A DNA stretch of 64,000 bases from Macrostomum hystrix (taxonomy: Eukaryota; Animalia; Platyhelminthes), in contig CATNEN010000011.1 in assembly GCA_950097015.1 (NCBI GenBank), positions 3,286,001-3,350,000 of the forward strand, read 5' to 3'. This document shows, in pieces, positions 41,374 through 52,422 of this stretch. The notes under the pieces were generated by a model that had not been told where the DNA came from, did not search any database, and saw nothing but the letters and a program-made list of their open reading frames with translations. Position 1 is the first letter of the stretch, and each line of letters begins with the position of its first letter. The translations under genes were made by a program, and so were the position numbers.

Positions 41374-44187
41374 TCACAACCAGGCGACAATAACGGTGGT
41401 GTTGTCTGTGGACCCCGCAGCAACAGCCATGTCAATCAAAGCGCTGGCAGCCGAAGCCTCATCGCCATCAACTCCGCTGTCTGTTGACATGGCTAAAAGT
41501 GCAGCCGCAACTTCACCGGGCGTCACAGCGTCCCACAAACCGTCGCTAGCCAGTACAACGGCCACATCATTGCCCATAGGATTCAAATCCAACTGACGCT
41601 GAACGATTTGTGGTTCGGGTGTAACTCCGACAACATTGCGATCGCCCAGACTGCGGGTGACAGCTAGCACGCCGTTAAGCCTCGGCGGTGAGCTGTCCAT
41701 GACGAAGCCGCCAGCTGATTCAACGCGAGCTCGTTCGCTTGGCTCGCTTGGACGATGCGGCGGCGAGGTCAACTGGGTTGCCTGGCCATTGCGGTGAATT
41801 AAATAGGCTTCAGAGTCGCCAACCCAGGCCACGGTTAGGCGATCGCCGGAGACGATACAAGCCTGAGCCATATTTCAAAGAGATTTTTTAAGGCGATTAA
41901 GAACAACCAGAAAATAAATAAGAGAATTTGTTTAGTTCTTTTAATAAAAAAATATTAACGCGTTTGCCTCTCGAAACAATGTCCCTGAGCTCGATTCCGC
42001 GGCGAGGCCCCATTAATTTTTGGCGCAACCGCGAATAGAAGTCTTGGGGGCTTGTCGTGCAATTTACACCATTGAAAGGGCCAACGACTAAGGCACAGTG
42101 AGAGTGTACACTGCCTGACGGATGCAAACGTAACACACCTGCGTGATCGTGTGACTGCGTACAGTATCTGTGTGCGTATGTGCTCAGGAGTTAGCGAAAC
42201 GGGCAGAATTGCCTCCTCGCTGGCTGTGTATCTAGTGTCACAAAATGATGTGCCTCTAAACCTCGAATCTTATTCCCCAAACCTTGAATCACATTCCCTA
42301 AATCGCGAATCCCATTCCGCAAAACCTCGAATCCCATTCCCCAAACCTCGAATCCCATTCCCTAAATCTCGAATCCCATTCCCTTAACAAAGAATCCCAT
42401 TCCGCAAACCTCGAATCCCATTCCCCAAACATTGAATCCCATTCCGCAAACCTCGAATCCCATTCACTAAATCTCGAATCCCATTCCCTAAATCTCGAAT
42501 CCCATTCACTAAATCTCGAATCCCATTCCCTAAATCTCGAATCCCATTCCGCAAACCTCGAATCCCATATCGCAAACCTCGAATCCCATTCCCTAAATCT
42601 CGAATCCCATTCACTAAATCTCGAATCCCATTCCCTAAATCTCGAATCCCATTCCGCAAACCTCGAATCCCATATCGCAAACCTCGAATCCCATTCCCTA
42701 AATCTCGAATTCCATTCCCTAAATCTCGAATCCCATTCCGCAAACCTCGAATCCCATTCCCTTAACAAAGAATCCTATTCCCTTAACAAAGAATCCTATT
42801 CCCTTAACAAAGAATCCCATTCCCTTAACAAAGAATCCCTTTCCCTAAACCTCAAGACAACTTACAGTACAAGTGCATCCGCCGGCAGTGCCGCAAAGAC
42901 TCGCCGCCTTGGCCAGCTTGGCATCAGCAGCTAGAAACACATTCCTTAGCCTGTCAGCCGCACTCGTGGCTTTTTCATCGCCATTGGCCTTTGTCGCCGA
43001 GTTAACACTATCGCTATCGCAGTCGACTCTCGCAGCCGCGAGAAACAACGGCAGAAGATACGAGGCCGCCAGTTCAGCCCCGTCGCTGCCGCCGTGGCCG
43101 TCAAGAACGGCGAGAAAATTTGCTTCGCCATTTGCGCAGCTTCTCTCGCCGATATCCTTCAAATCGGCGCTGTTGAAGGCGGCCACTAGGAAGCGGTCCT
43201 CGTTGCGTCGGCCGCGATTTTTTGCGGTGGCCTGGCGGGATTTTAAGTATTTTTTATTTCTGTTCCTGATAGGTGAATATATCCTCCCACCTACTCCCTA
43301 TTTACTGGAATTTCATTCTCCGAATGGGGAAATAATCCAGCTTAAAACTTGAAAACAATTATTCTAAAATGGGACAATAAGTCTCAAATAATTGGGAAAT
43401 AAGCATGTCATAATCAGGAATAAAAATATTTGCAGAAGGGCTGCAGGCAATGGCACATCATTTGGTGACACTAGACGCACAGCCAGCGCACACAGATACC
43501 GTACGCAGACAAACGCTCACACAGGTGTGTACATCACAAGTGCACATCCTGCCCTAATCAGGAAATAATCACTTTCATACAGTCCTTCATAAATTTGGGA
43601 AACTATGCGCCCTTAATGGGGAATTTACATTCTAGGCTCTAGCATGACATCCCCTTATTCTCCAATAGGTAGATTGCCAATCAAGCAACAAGCAAGCTCA
43701 CGTGTGACACCAGACGAACACAACCGGCATCTCTCTGATAGCTGGGCGAATCGACACTGTCAACTCCGCTCCGTTCCGGACGCCCACCAAGATCTTCGCC
43801 TTCATTGTCGCCAAAATAGGCGCGCATTTTCAATTCGGAGCCTTTTTCGGCCAGTTCGCGAACAGCTTCGCATATTAGGCGTTGAACCGATCGATAATCT
43901 GGCTGAGGCGGCGGCGATGAAGCAGATTCTTCGTTGAATCTGGCAGTGAAATTGTCGCCAAGCAGATAGCGAGACAGCTTAGCCTGCGCCTGCCAAGCCT
44001 GCTTATCCCCTGTGGCCAATTTAAACAATTGCGGAGTTATTAAGTCCACAATCTGTTTGACAAAGTACCACTGAGCTGAGCTAGTATCTGAGAAACTTTG
44101 AAACGGCGGTCGAGAAACAGATGAAGGATCAGATAGGGATTCAACCGCTTCCTTGGCAGCCGAGGCTATCATGGCTGCTGAGTCCAT
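41374..44187 (-). CDS. PP2C/PPM family phosphatase, PPM1E/PPM1F (CaMKP/FEM-2)-like; exons 44187-43702, 43231-42866, 41862-41374; about 446 aa
   Basis: LVSH|ATAKNRGRRNEDR, FLAVLDGHGG, GCTCT|ACIV..LTVAWVGDS, RLNGVLAVTRSLGD, LASDGLWD, GSTDNTTV. Both introns are phase 0. Subfamily call rests on resemblance to PPM1F LVSIHAIRNTRRKMEDR. Confidence 0.9.
41955..42260 (+). mobile_element. SINE family A, 5'-truncated (PP2C intron 2)
   Basis: AACGCGTTTGCC...GTCCCTGAGCTCGATTCCGCGGCGAGG...GGCACAGTGAGAGTGTACACTGCCTGACG. Confidence 0.75.
42265..42850. repeat. 21-bp minisatellite, PP2C intron 2
   Basis: Unit AAATCTCGAATCCCATTCCCT. Confidence 0.95.
43425..43550 (-). mobile_element. SINE family A 3' fragment, reverse orientation (PP2C intron 1)
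   Basis: Reverse complement matches CAAATGATGTGCCATTGCC.GCAGCCCTTCTG (11376-11410) and GCTGGCTGTG..TCTAGTGTCAC (42218-42241). Confidence 0.65.
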
Positions 44188-44390
44188 TGCTGTTTGCTGT
44201 AAATCTTACTCGCACAGATTTTAACTTGGTGTCATAAAAACTCACACGAATGCCAGATTATATAATATATATATTTTTCCATACAAATTGTGGCTCTAGC
44301 CTATTTGTATATGGTTAAGTGACTGTTTTGCAGTGTCTTCATTTGTTACATGACAAAGGTCCCAAAAGACTATATAATAAGAAAGGGGTA

Positions 44391-46251
44391 TCTATATATA
44401 TAAAAGTGAAAACTCTGTCTGTGTGTGTGTCTGTCTGTGTGTGTGCAACCTTTTGTCTTTATAGACGCCGAAACCGCTCAATAAAATCGCACCAAACTTT
44501 GCACATACCTAAAACCACCTACGCTGAGTGCAATAGGCTACTCAAATTCCCGAAAAATCATTTCCTTCCTGCTCAAAAGTGCAAAAAACTGCTCAAAAAT
44601 CGTCAAAAAATCACTCAATTCGACATATCGTCGCCCCACTTTGTCAGATTTTCTCCAAATTTGATCCACTTACACTTTACATGTTTTCCAACAATGCTGT
44701 CAATTTTGAACATCTCTACTCAATCCAGAGCAAAGCTGCATCATCTCAAAGTGAGTCACTTTTTGTTTTCCGAGGACAGCCACCCCAACTCCCCTCCGCC
44801 ACTCTGCGGGCCAAATTTTATTACAGCCACCCCCTCCCTTCCCCGGGCGCCGAAGCCCCAGACTGTACATTGTATTTCTAGCCGTGAATGTACACAGCCC
44901 AAACCCCTAGACTGTCTACTGGCCCCCAAGCAGCACTGAGACTGAGTGCGGTGGCGTCCCAGTGCGCAGGGCTCTCCGGTCGATATTTCTCTCCAGCCAG
45001 CCTTGGATAGAAGAAAGAGAGAGGCCGCTCAAAGGCCACAGGACACTACTCTTACTGCTTTCTTCAAGTTGTGCGCTGAAGACCCCTTTGCCAGGACTTT
45101 GCTGTACCACCAGGTGCCTGCCTATTACACATGGAACGCCTCTTCGAAAGGATGGAAGCGGCGGGTTCAAGGCGCTGCAGTTCCGGGCCATCCTGAAATA
45201 CGACAGGCTGATGCATTAGCCAGAGTGTACACGGTGCACCCAAACCACCGTGAATGCTACTACCTGCGTATATTGCTAACACACCGTGATTGGTCCGACG
45301 TCATTTAGACACATTAGAACGGTGGAAGGCCATACCTGCCAAACTTTTCATGAAGCATGTCAGCGACTGGGACTGCTGGAAGATGATGCTCAATGGAGAG
45401 CGACATTGGAGGAAGCGGCAACGGTGCGCTCACCAAGTCACCTGCGAGATCTATTTGCCATCATGGTTGCCACCTGTGGTCTCTCTGATCCACTTCAGCT
45501 TTGGGAAACATTCAAAGAACCCATGGCCGAAGACATTCTCTTCCGGGCGCGATTCGTGGCTCAGGAGCCAGAGTTGCCATTCACAGAAGCAGTGTTTAAC
45601 GAGGCCCTGCTGCGCATTGAGGACAAGGTGCTGGAGTTGACCGATCGCTATCTAGATTCTTTTGGACTCCCAAAAGCAAACAGGACAGGACAACAGGACA
45701 ACCTGTGCAGGGAGATGCTGCGAGAAAGAGGCTATGACCAGGAGCAGCTGGGACAGTTCATAGAGGAGAATGAGCCCCGACTCATGCCTGAGCAGCTAGA
45801 GGCCTACCGCGAGCTATTGCGCAGAGCCAGTCGCAGCACTGGCGCCCCTTTTCGGCCGCTGGCGCCCCTTTTTCAGCCGCTGGCTCCCGTTTTTCAGCCG
45901 CTGGCGCCCTTTCTTGGCTCCTGGTGCCCTTTTTCGGCCGCTGGCACCCCCTCTGTGATTCTCATGGCGCTCCCCTGACAGACCGCCCCAAAACAAAATT
46001 CCTGGATCTGCCACTGACTGTATAGAGGAGTGGCTAAGAGACATGTTTCTAAAGAAGTAATCAAGAGGGGGCTGTTTGGACAAACTTTTCACTTATTTTT
46101 TACTTAAAACGCCCTTAAACAAACTCTTCACTTTCATTAATGCAGTAAATAAATAAATGGTGACCTTCACTATAAAGTTAATACAGAGACGTGAATTGCT
46201 TACTGCTTTGCTTTAAATTTCTGCCCCAAAAACAACGGGCAAAAAAGCTAG
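44391..46251 (+). mobile_element. Internally deleted (non-autonomous) Helitron with RepHel fragment
   Basis: 5' TC terminus (TCTATATATATAAAAG), 3' TGCCC/GGGCA hairpin plus CTAG, inserted between A44390 and T46252. RepHel-like peptide TTLTAFFKLC..DPFARTLLY..VPAYYTWN..WKRR..RVYTVHP..ECYYLRILL / GPTSF..RTVEG...TFHEACQRLGLLEDD.QW, with a +1 frameshift near 45285 and truncation before the Pif1 Walker A. Confidence 0.9.
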
Positions 46252-46279
46252 TATATATATATAGGAAAGGTATTGTGAC

Positions 46280-46551
46280 CATACATGCGCAACCTCCCAA
46301 ATCTTAGCTGGCCGTGCGACTTAGTTTTTGCTCTCATTTGCAACTTAGTTCATTTCATTGCTCTATTTACAACTTAGTTTGCTCTCATTTGCTCTCTTTT
46401 TCTCTCCCCTTTTTCCTTTTCTTCACGCCTTCCTTTTTTGTCCTTTGGTCTCCCCTTTGATTTTTTTGCACTTGGTTGATTGGTTTTTGCGACTTACCTT
46501 GCTTGGCCCTCATTTCACCCGGCTGGTTTGGCCGGGTGTTGCGCATGTATG
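46280..46551 (+). mobile_element. hAT-type MITE copy 1
   Basis: TIR CATACATGCGCAAC / GTTGCGCATGTATG; internal sequence shared with 47676-47931 and 51078-51376; TSD only partly retained (TGAC). Confidence 0.85.
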
Positions 46552-47111
46552 TGACAACTAGTTGATTTAACACAAAATTTAATCATATAAGCCACATTGC
46601 TAGCTAGGGTGCCAGGCATTTTGGGCAGTGAGTGCTATTTGCTAGGGAAAGATAGCTCTTGGGGTACGGAAGGATTACTTTTTGGTACCATATGGTCAAT
46701 ATGAAAAATTATCATTACTAAGCAATTGAAAACATGAATCATATATAAAGTTATTAAATATAAGTACTTTCTGATTTGATTTGTAAACAATTTTAAATTA
46801 GTTTTCATTTAAAATAAAATTTTACTATATTTTTGTAGGCCTAATCAATAGAAAACTGCTGTCTGACATAAATTAGTTTGTCCTTGACAAGAGCAAGAGC
46901 ATTGTCAGCTATGGCCACATTTAACATGTCAGAGTGGTTTAACAAAGAAGAGTTTTACTGCCAGCTTTTAATGACTGCCATTTTTATAACTGCTTGTTAT
47001 GACTATAGAAATACAACCTACAGAACTAGCTGCTCAGCTGCAAGCATGCACCAGATAGGTCAAGCTTTATTCAACTCTTGCTGCTGTGCATCACTGAATT
47101 GACATTGATTA

Positions 47112-47546
47112 GGGTAATGTATCATCAACCGAAAAGTGAATCTCAAAAACCGAAAAAAAAATTTGACTCCTTCCTTGGTCTTGTGCAAGACAGAAACAAG
47201 CTATTGTGTTTCACAGAACAACTAATTTGAAAGTTAAAGAAATTATCTACAAGCTGAGGCATGATGTGCAATGAAGCATTAAGAGGAAAGAAAGATATTG
47301 ATGTTTCAGTAGAAATTTTTATTGCAAAAGCATACTTTTTAACACAATTTTTTCAGTATGTACTTTAGACAAAGATTGTATGTGGTTGCTTGCCAATTAA
47401 ATGACCATAAATGTAGTTATTTATAGAGCATGAAAAATGCTTTCAAATGACATAATTCATGATAGTCCACTCCTTAAAATAAGATTAAACCACTCACTCA
47501 AAGTTAAAAAAATACACATTATTGTTCGGTTGATGATACATTACCC
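47112..47546. mobile_element. MITE with 22-bp TIRs flanked by TA
   Basis: GGGTAATGTATCATCAACCGAA (47112-47133) and its exact reverse complement (47525-47546); TA on both sides. Confidence 0.8.
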
Positions 47547-47675
47547 TATAACTTCAGAGGCCACAGTTCTAGGAGAACAAAGTTTTAAATTAAACTAAAT
47601 TTAAGACTTATCAAAATAGTAAAGAATTATTTTAAATTTCCAATGAAGTTTTAGAAAGTTTTTCTTGAGTATGAT

Positions 47676-47931
47676 CATACATGCGCAACACCCGGCCGAT
47701 CCAGTCGAACTGGCCAGGTGAAATGAGGGCCAAGCAAGGTAAGTCGCAAAAACCAATCGACCAAGTGAAAAAAATCAAAGGGGAGACCAAGGGACAAAAA
47801 AGGAAGACATGAAGAAAAGGAAAAGGGGGAGAGAAAAAGAGAGCCAATGAGAGCAAACTAAGTCGTAAATAGAGCAAAAACTAAGTCGCACAGCCGGCTA
47901 AGATTTGGGAGGTTGCACATGTAGGCCTATG
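47676..47931 (-). mobile_element. hAT-type MITE copy 2
   Basis: Same TIR family; 8-bp TSD AGTATGAT at 47668-47675 and 47932-47939. Confidence 0.88.
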
Positions 47932-49479
47932 AGTATGATTCCAGGACCAGAAGCAGAACAAGTTTCGCAGTTTCACAAAAAACAAGGAATAAAACTTATA
48001 TTCTTTCCCATAGTCCAGAAACAGCGAATGATTTTAAACAGTAACTTTTTGGTGATAAGTTTTTTTCTGATTAAAAACATATTATTTGTTTAGCCTAGTG
48101 AATGTTTTTTGACATTCAATAAACTTCATACGCATTAGGCCTACCAATTTTTTGTTTATGTTGCCAATTATTGTTCTAGAATCGGCAAAATGGAAACCTG
48201 CGAGAAATGCTCATAGCCCTCTCATCGCAGTTAGGTAGGTAGGTTCAGACAAGCAATAGTAGGCCTATATTATGTTTAGGCCTATTTGGATGAATTTGTA
48301 AGAGGTCAAAATAATAAATTAAGCCTATTAAAAGCAGTTCTAAATTGTAACAAAATCGAAAAAAGGAAAGTGATAAGGAGATATTAATTAGTACTATTTT
48401 TATATAATTTTTTTAATAAAGAAACTATAAATTTTTATATATAGGCCCCTAAGGCCTGCAAGAAGAAGTGTTTCGCTCCAAACGGACGCTTGGTCATAGC
48501 TCATATAGTCCTTAATTTAAATTTAAATACATATCGAAGTCTGCAGTCTCAATTAAAGAGCAAAGTTAAAAAAGAGGGAGCAAGGAAAGGCAATGAACAT
48601 TATTAGATATACTTGAAATTCATGTTTAGCAATTAAGCAATCGCGTTGGGCTCAGTTTAAAATTCAAAATTAAGGAGAATAAAAATTTAAAAGTTTTAGT
48701 GTTTATGGATATTAGTAAAACCAAAAGTTTAAAAGATATTTAAATCTATACGACTAAAATTAAAAAAAGTAGTTTTATTAAAATTAAATACGTTTTTACT
48801 TAAAAACATGCTTAAAATTAGAAATATAACTATGTGATAATTTGCTAAACGGTTTAATTTGATTTTCCAAGACACCACTATGCCTTCTTACTAACTACAA
48901 AACCAAAAATTAAAATTAGTCCTTTATAGTTCATTTGTGAAGCTAGCTTTGTTAACTAAAAATTTTTTTTGGTAATTTCTAAGCCTAACTCAGAAAATAA
49001 TTAAGGATATCTATAATTGATCATTCTAATATTACTACTGACGAATAGCCTAGATCCCATTTAACAATAAATTTGTGAAATTTAGCTATATAGAAAGTAC
49101 AATAACCTACAAAAATCTAAAAATACAATTTTGAAATTTATTTTAAAGCATAAATATTTTAATATTAAATTGAATAACGCATGACAATTGACAAGTTTAA
49201 ATGTGACAACTAGACTTTATTATCTTGGAATCTTGGGATCTATTATCTTCAGATTGACCTGTTTGTATCAAATGAAGTAAGTTGTACATTTGCAGACACT
49301 AAACTATCATTAGGCAACCTATCACTACTAGTTAGCATTATTGCTGCTGTGGATCCAATATCTTTAAGGCTTGGTACCTTTTTAGAAAAAATAGTTGCAT
49401 TTACATAGTTGCATTTAATAATAGGTCCCTATCTATATTTATACTACTTTCAAAGGCTTTTTTCTAGTAGAATATTTAA

Positions 49480-51030
49480 CTCTCAGTCAAATTGCAAGTC
49501 CTCTTGTAGTTACGCAACACACTGAGACTCCAATGCCCAGTTCTTTCCATAATCAGCTGTTCCTTAACATTGGCTTGATACAGCCAGAGCCAAGTGGCAC
49601 AGTTGGCACTCGCACAGAGCCTATGGTTAGTGAAAAGTCCTTCGGCAATCCTACACTTCCGTTCGGTAAATTATTTTGACACTGAATTTTGAACAGGCGT
49701 GTTAAATAACAATGTAACCAAACAAAACTGAAACAGTGGAACATGGTAGCAGTCTGTTAGAGCGCATAGTCACTTAGAGTGTGTCTGCAGGTCATTAAGG
49801 TGTCTACAATGGATAGTAATGTCCAATCCAGTACATGATAGCCCCAAATGGACATTGAGGATACAGACGACGCCAGAGAAATTCCTCAATGTGTGCGTCG
49901 AAGAGAGCGTCGCTCGTGCCATGCATGTTGCGGATCTTGCGCTTCGCGTGGGCCCATGTGCCCTCCACAGTGTTTCAAACCTCGTTTAACGGGATGATGA
50001 ACCCGGGTGCTGCAGGTCGCCCAGCCATGGCAATGAAGACAGAAAGATATGAGAAACTGTAGCTCAATAAAACAAGCAGCTCACAAGCAACAGCTCCCTT
50101 AAACTGACACCCCTTTAAACTCTGTTCGCTCAAACTTTTGGCCATACACACATTGCCAATTGACGTCATTTGACTTGGTGGTACGAATTCAAATGTGAAA
50201 ATAATTTACCGAACGGAAGTGTAGGATTGCCAGTCCTTCAATGCCAGCATTGTTGCACATCTCTACTATGAACTTTGACAACATGTTTTTACAAATGGGC
50301 GGTTACAAAACCACTACCTACCAGGGTTCGCATAGGCTTGCAAGTAGAAGCATTTTGGTCTAACTGGACACTTAGGTCATATAGTCCTCAAATAGCCTGA
50401 CATGGCATTTGCCAAGATCAATAGATTCAAAGTACACTACCTTTGGCTTCACTTGACCTGCAATGCAAGTCCTCAATTGTTGGTCTTAGAATGTACTTTC
50501 TTATACATGAGGCAATTCTTGCGACTTCGACTCTCAACTGACAACTGATCCATAGTAAGACAAGCATGTTCTTTGCCACCTCAAAGGGCAAAATGGAGCC
50601 TATTATATAGTATTAAAAAACTAGTTCTTAGCAACTTCTTTGGTGTGTCATCACTGAGCACGGTATCCCATAGCTTCTCCTCATCAGTTATACTTCTTTA
50701 AGGACTAGTCTTTAAGGAACTTCTTATCTGTGGACAATGCTAGTCTTTTCTCCTTGCCTAATTTTCATAAATTTGACACACAATTGGTATTGGTAAGTAG
50801 CTCTTGATAGCCTTTTTAAGAAAATGTACTAAGGCATACCTGTCAAAGAAAATGAATTGGCCAGCAAAGCCCTGTAAAAGCTAGACTAGGCCAAGGAAGG
50901 CAACAAGTGTCTGGATTTTAATTACATCAAGCCAGATAACCTAGCACCCTATTAGAATAAATGTCAAAAACCTGTGGATGTGCAACACAGGTGTAAAAGA
51001 TATGGCTTGAAACCTGCAACAAAACACCAA
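49480..51030 (-). pseudogene. Degenerate Crypton-type (DUF3504) tyrosine recombinase transposon remnant; boundaries approximate
   Basis: Minus-strand peptides EEKLW..VLSDDTPKKLL, ALRGGKEH-like, and, after removing the insertion, SKFIVEMCNNAGIEGLFTNHRLC...LYQANVKEQLIMERTGHWS, resembling the FTNHSLR...EQLIMERTGHRS signature; multiple stops and frameshifts. Confidence 0.75.
49644..50231. mobile_element. MITE with 34-bp perfect TIRs and 8-bp TSD (GG termini, Merlin-like) inserted in the Crypton remnant
   Basis: TIR GGCAATCCTACACTTCCGTTCGGTAAATTATTTT; TSD AGTCCTTC at 49636-49643 and 50232-50239; superfamily assignment is inference. Confidence 0.85.
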
Positions 51031-51077
51031 AAAGTCAGAAAATGTGAGACAGACGGACACAATCTATTAACTTATAC

Positions 51078-51376
51078 CATACATGCGCAACACCTGGCCG
51101 ACCCGGACGAACCGGCCAGGTGAAACGAGGTCCAAGCAAGGTAAGTCGCAAAAACCAATCAACCAAGCAAAAAAAATCAAAGGGGGGACCAAGGGACAAA
51201 AAAGGAAGGCGTGAAGAAAAGGAAAAAGGGGAGAGAAAAAGAGAGCAAATAAGAGCAAACTGTCGTAAATTAATCAATGAAATGAACTAAGTTGCAAATG
51301 AGAGCAAACTAAGTTGTAAATAGAGCAAAAACTAAGTCGCATGGCCGGCTAAGATTTGGGATGTTGCGCATGTATG
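51078..51376 (-). mobile_element. hAT-type MITE copy 3
   Basis: Same TIRs; 8-bp TSD ACTTATAC at 51070-51077 and 51377-51384. Confidence 0.9.
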
Positions 51377-52422
51377 ACTTATACCAATCTAGCAATCTAG
51401 TTTTAAATTCTTGCCATTAGTTCCAAGAAGTTGTTGTACTGGTCATCCTGCTAACAATGCTGGATCCGGCAGACTCCAATATAAAGTCCAAGAATACTAG
51501 GTAGTGTAGTAATAGCACTGCCACCAGGGCATCAGGACTTCTGCCTTCGGTGAGGTGAAGGATCCTTGGCCCAAAAGAGATAAAAGGCTTGGTACTCAAT
51601 CACGAAGTCTTTAAAAGCACACTGTGCAGAGTTCCAGTCACAGTTAAAGGCTGTCAGAGTCCTGCGTAGCTCTGGTGGTGGTAGGAGGCTAAGTTAGTTT
51701 CGGTACTTAGCCAGAACTAAGCTTGCGAGCAGTCACATGCAGAGACTGAAGCCGAAACTTGGACACTGATAGCACTGACAATGAAGAGGAACTAGAACAA
51801 GACTAAAATTACGCCTGGGAAAGGACGGGCCTTTTAGGGCCGGAGTAGCGAGGGCTTTCTTTTATAGGCAAGGGCCTCCCATAGGGTCAGTGCAGAAAAC
51901 ATGTGATGGAATCACATGGTTTCTAAAAATAGCACCTGACGTCAGTGGCACCAGAAACGTCATTCCTAAGTAAGCTCCTGTCCCATAATCAAAGCCCCAA
52001 GTGTAGTAAACATGTTTAGGTGCACTTTAATTGACAAAGAGAGAGCCAGTCACATGAGGAGAATCACGTGCTAACTGAGGGCAGACAAACATACACAAAG
52101 AAAAGGGACAGGGAACAACAAAGCCAGTGTGGGACAAAGAGGTGATGACTCATCCCTGGGGGGAGGAGGCAGCACCCAAAAATTACACGCGCGGCCATAT
52201 TATTATTCTCATCAGTTTTTGTTACCTATTAAGCACATGTACCTAATTAGAATATCTCTTGGTAGCTTTTCCAATATCAACAAATAAAGCTAATTTTCTG
52301 TTAATATATAGTTAAAAATATTCAATGTTGACATCTTCAATGCGAGTTTTGCCATCAGCCAGTTCACAACAAATGCAGACAAATTTATTTAAATTTGAAT
52401 AAAATTTCAATGACGGGATTAC

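Noticed and set aside
51420-52200. GC-richer segment with TATA-like and retroelement-like appearance
   Set aside because: No terminal repeats, TSD or convincing protein motif identified; left unclassified.
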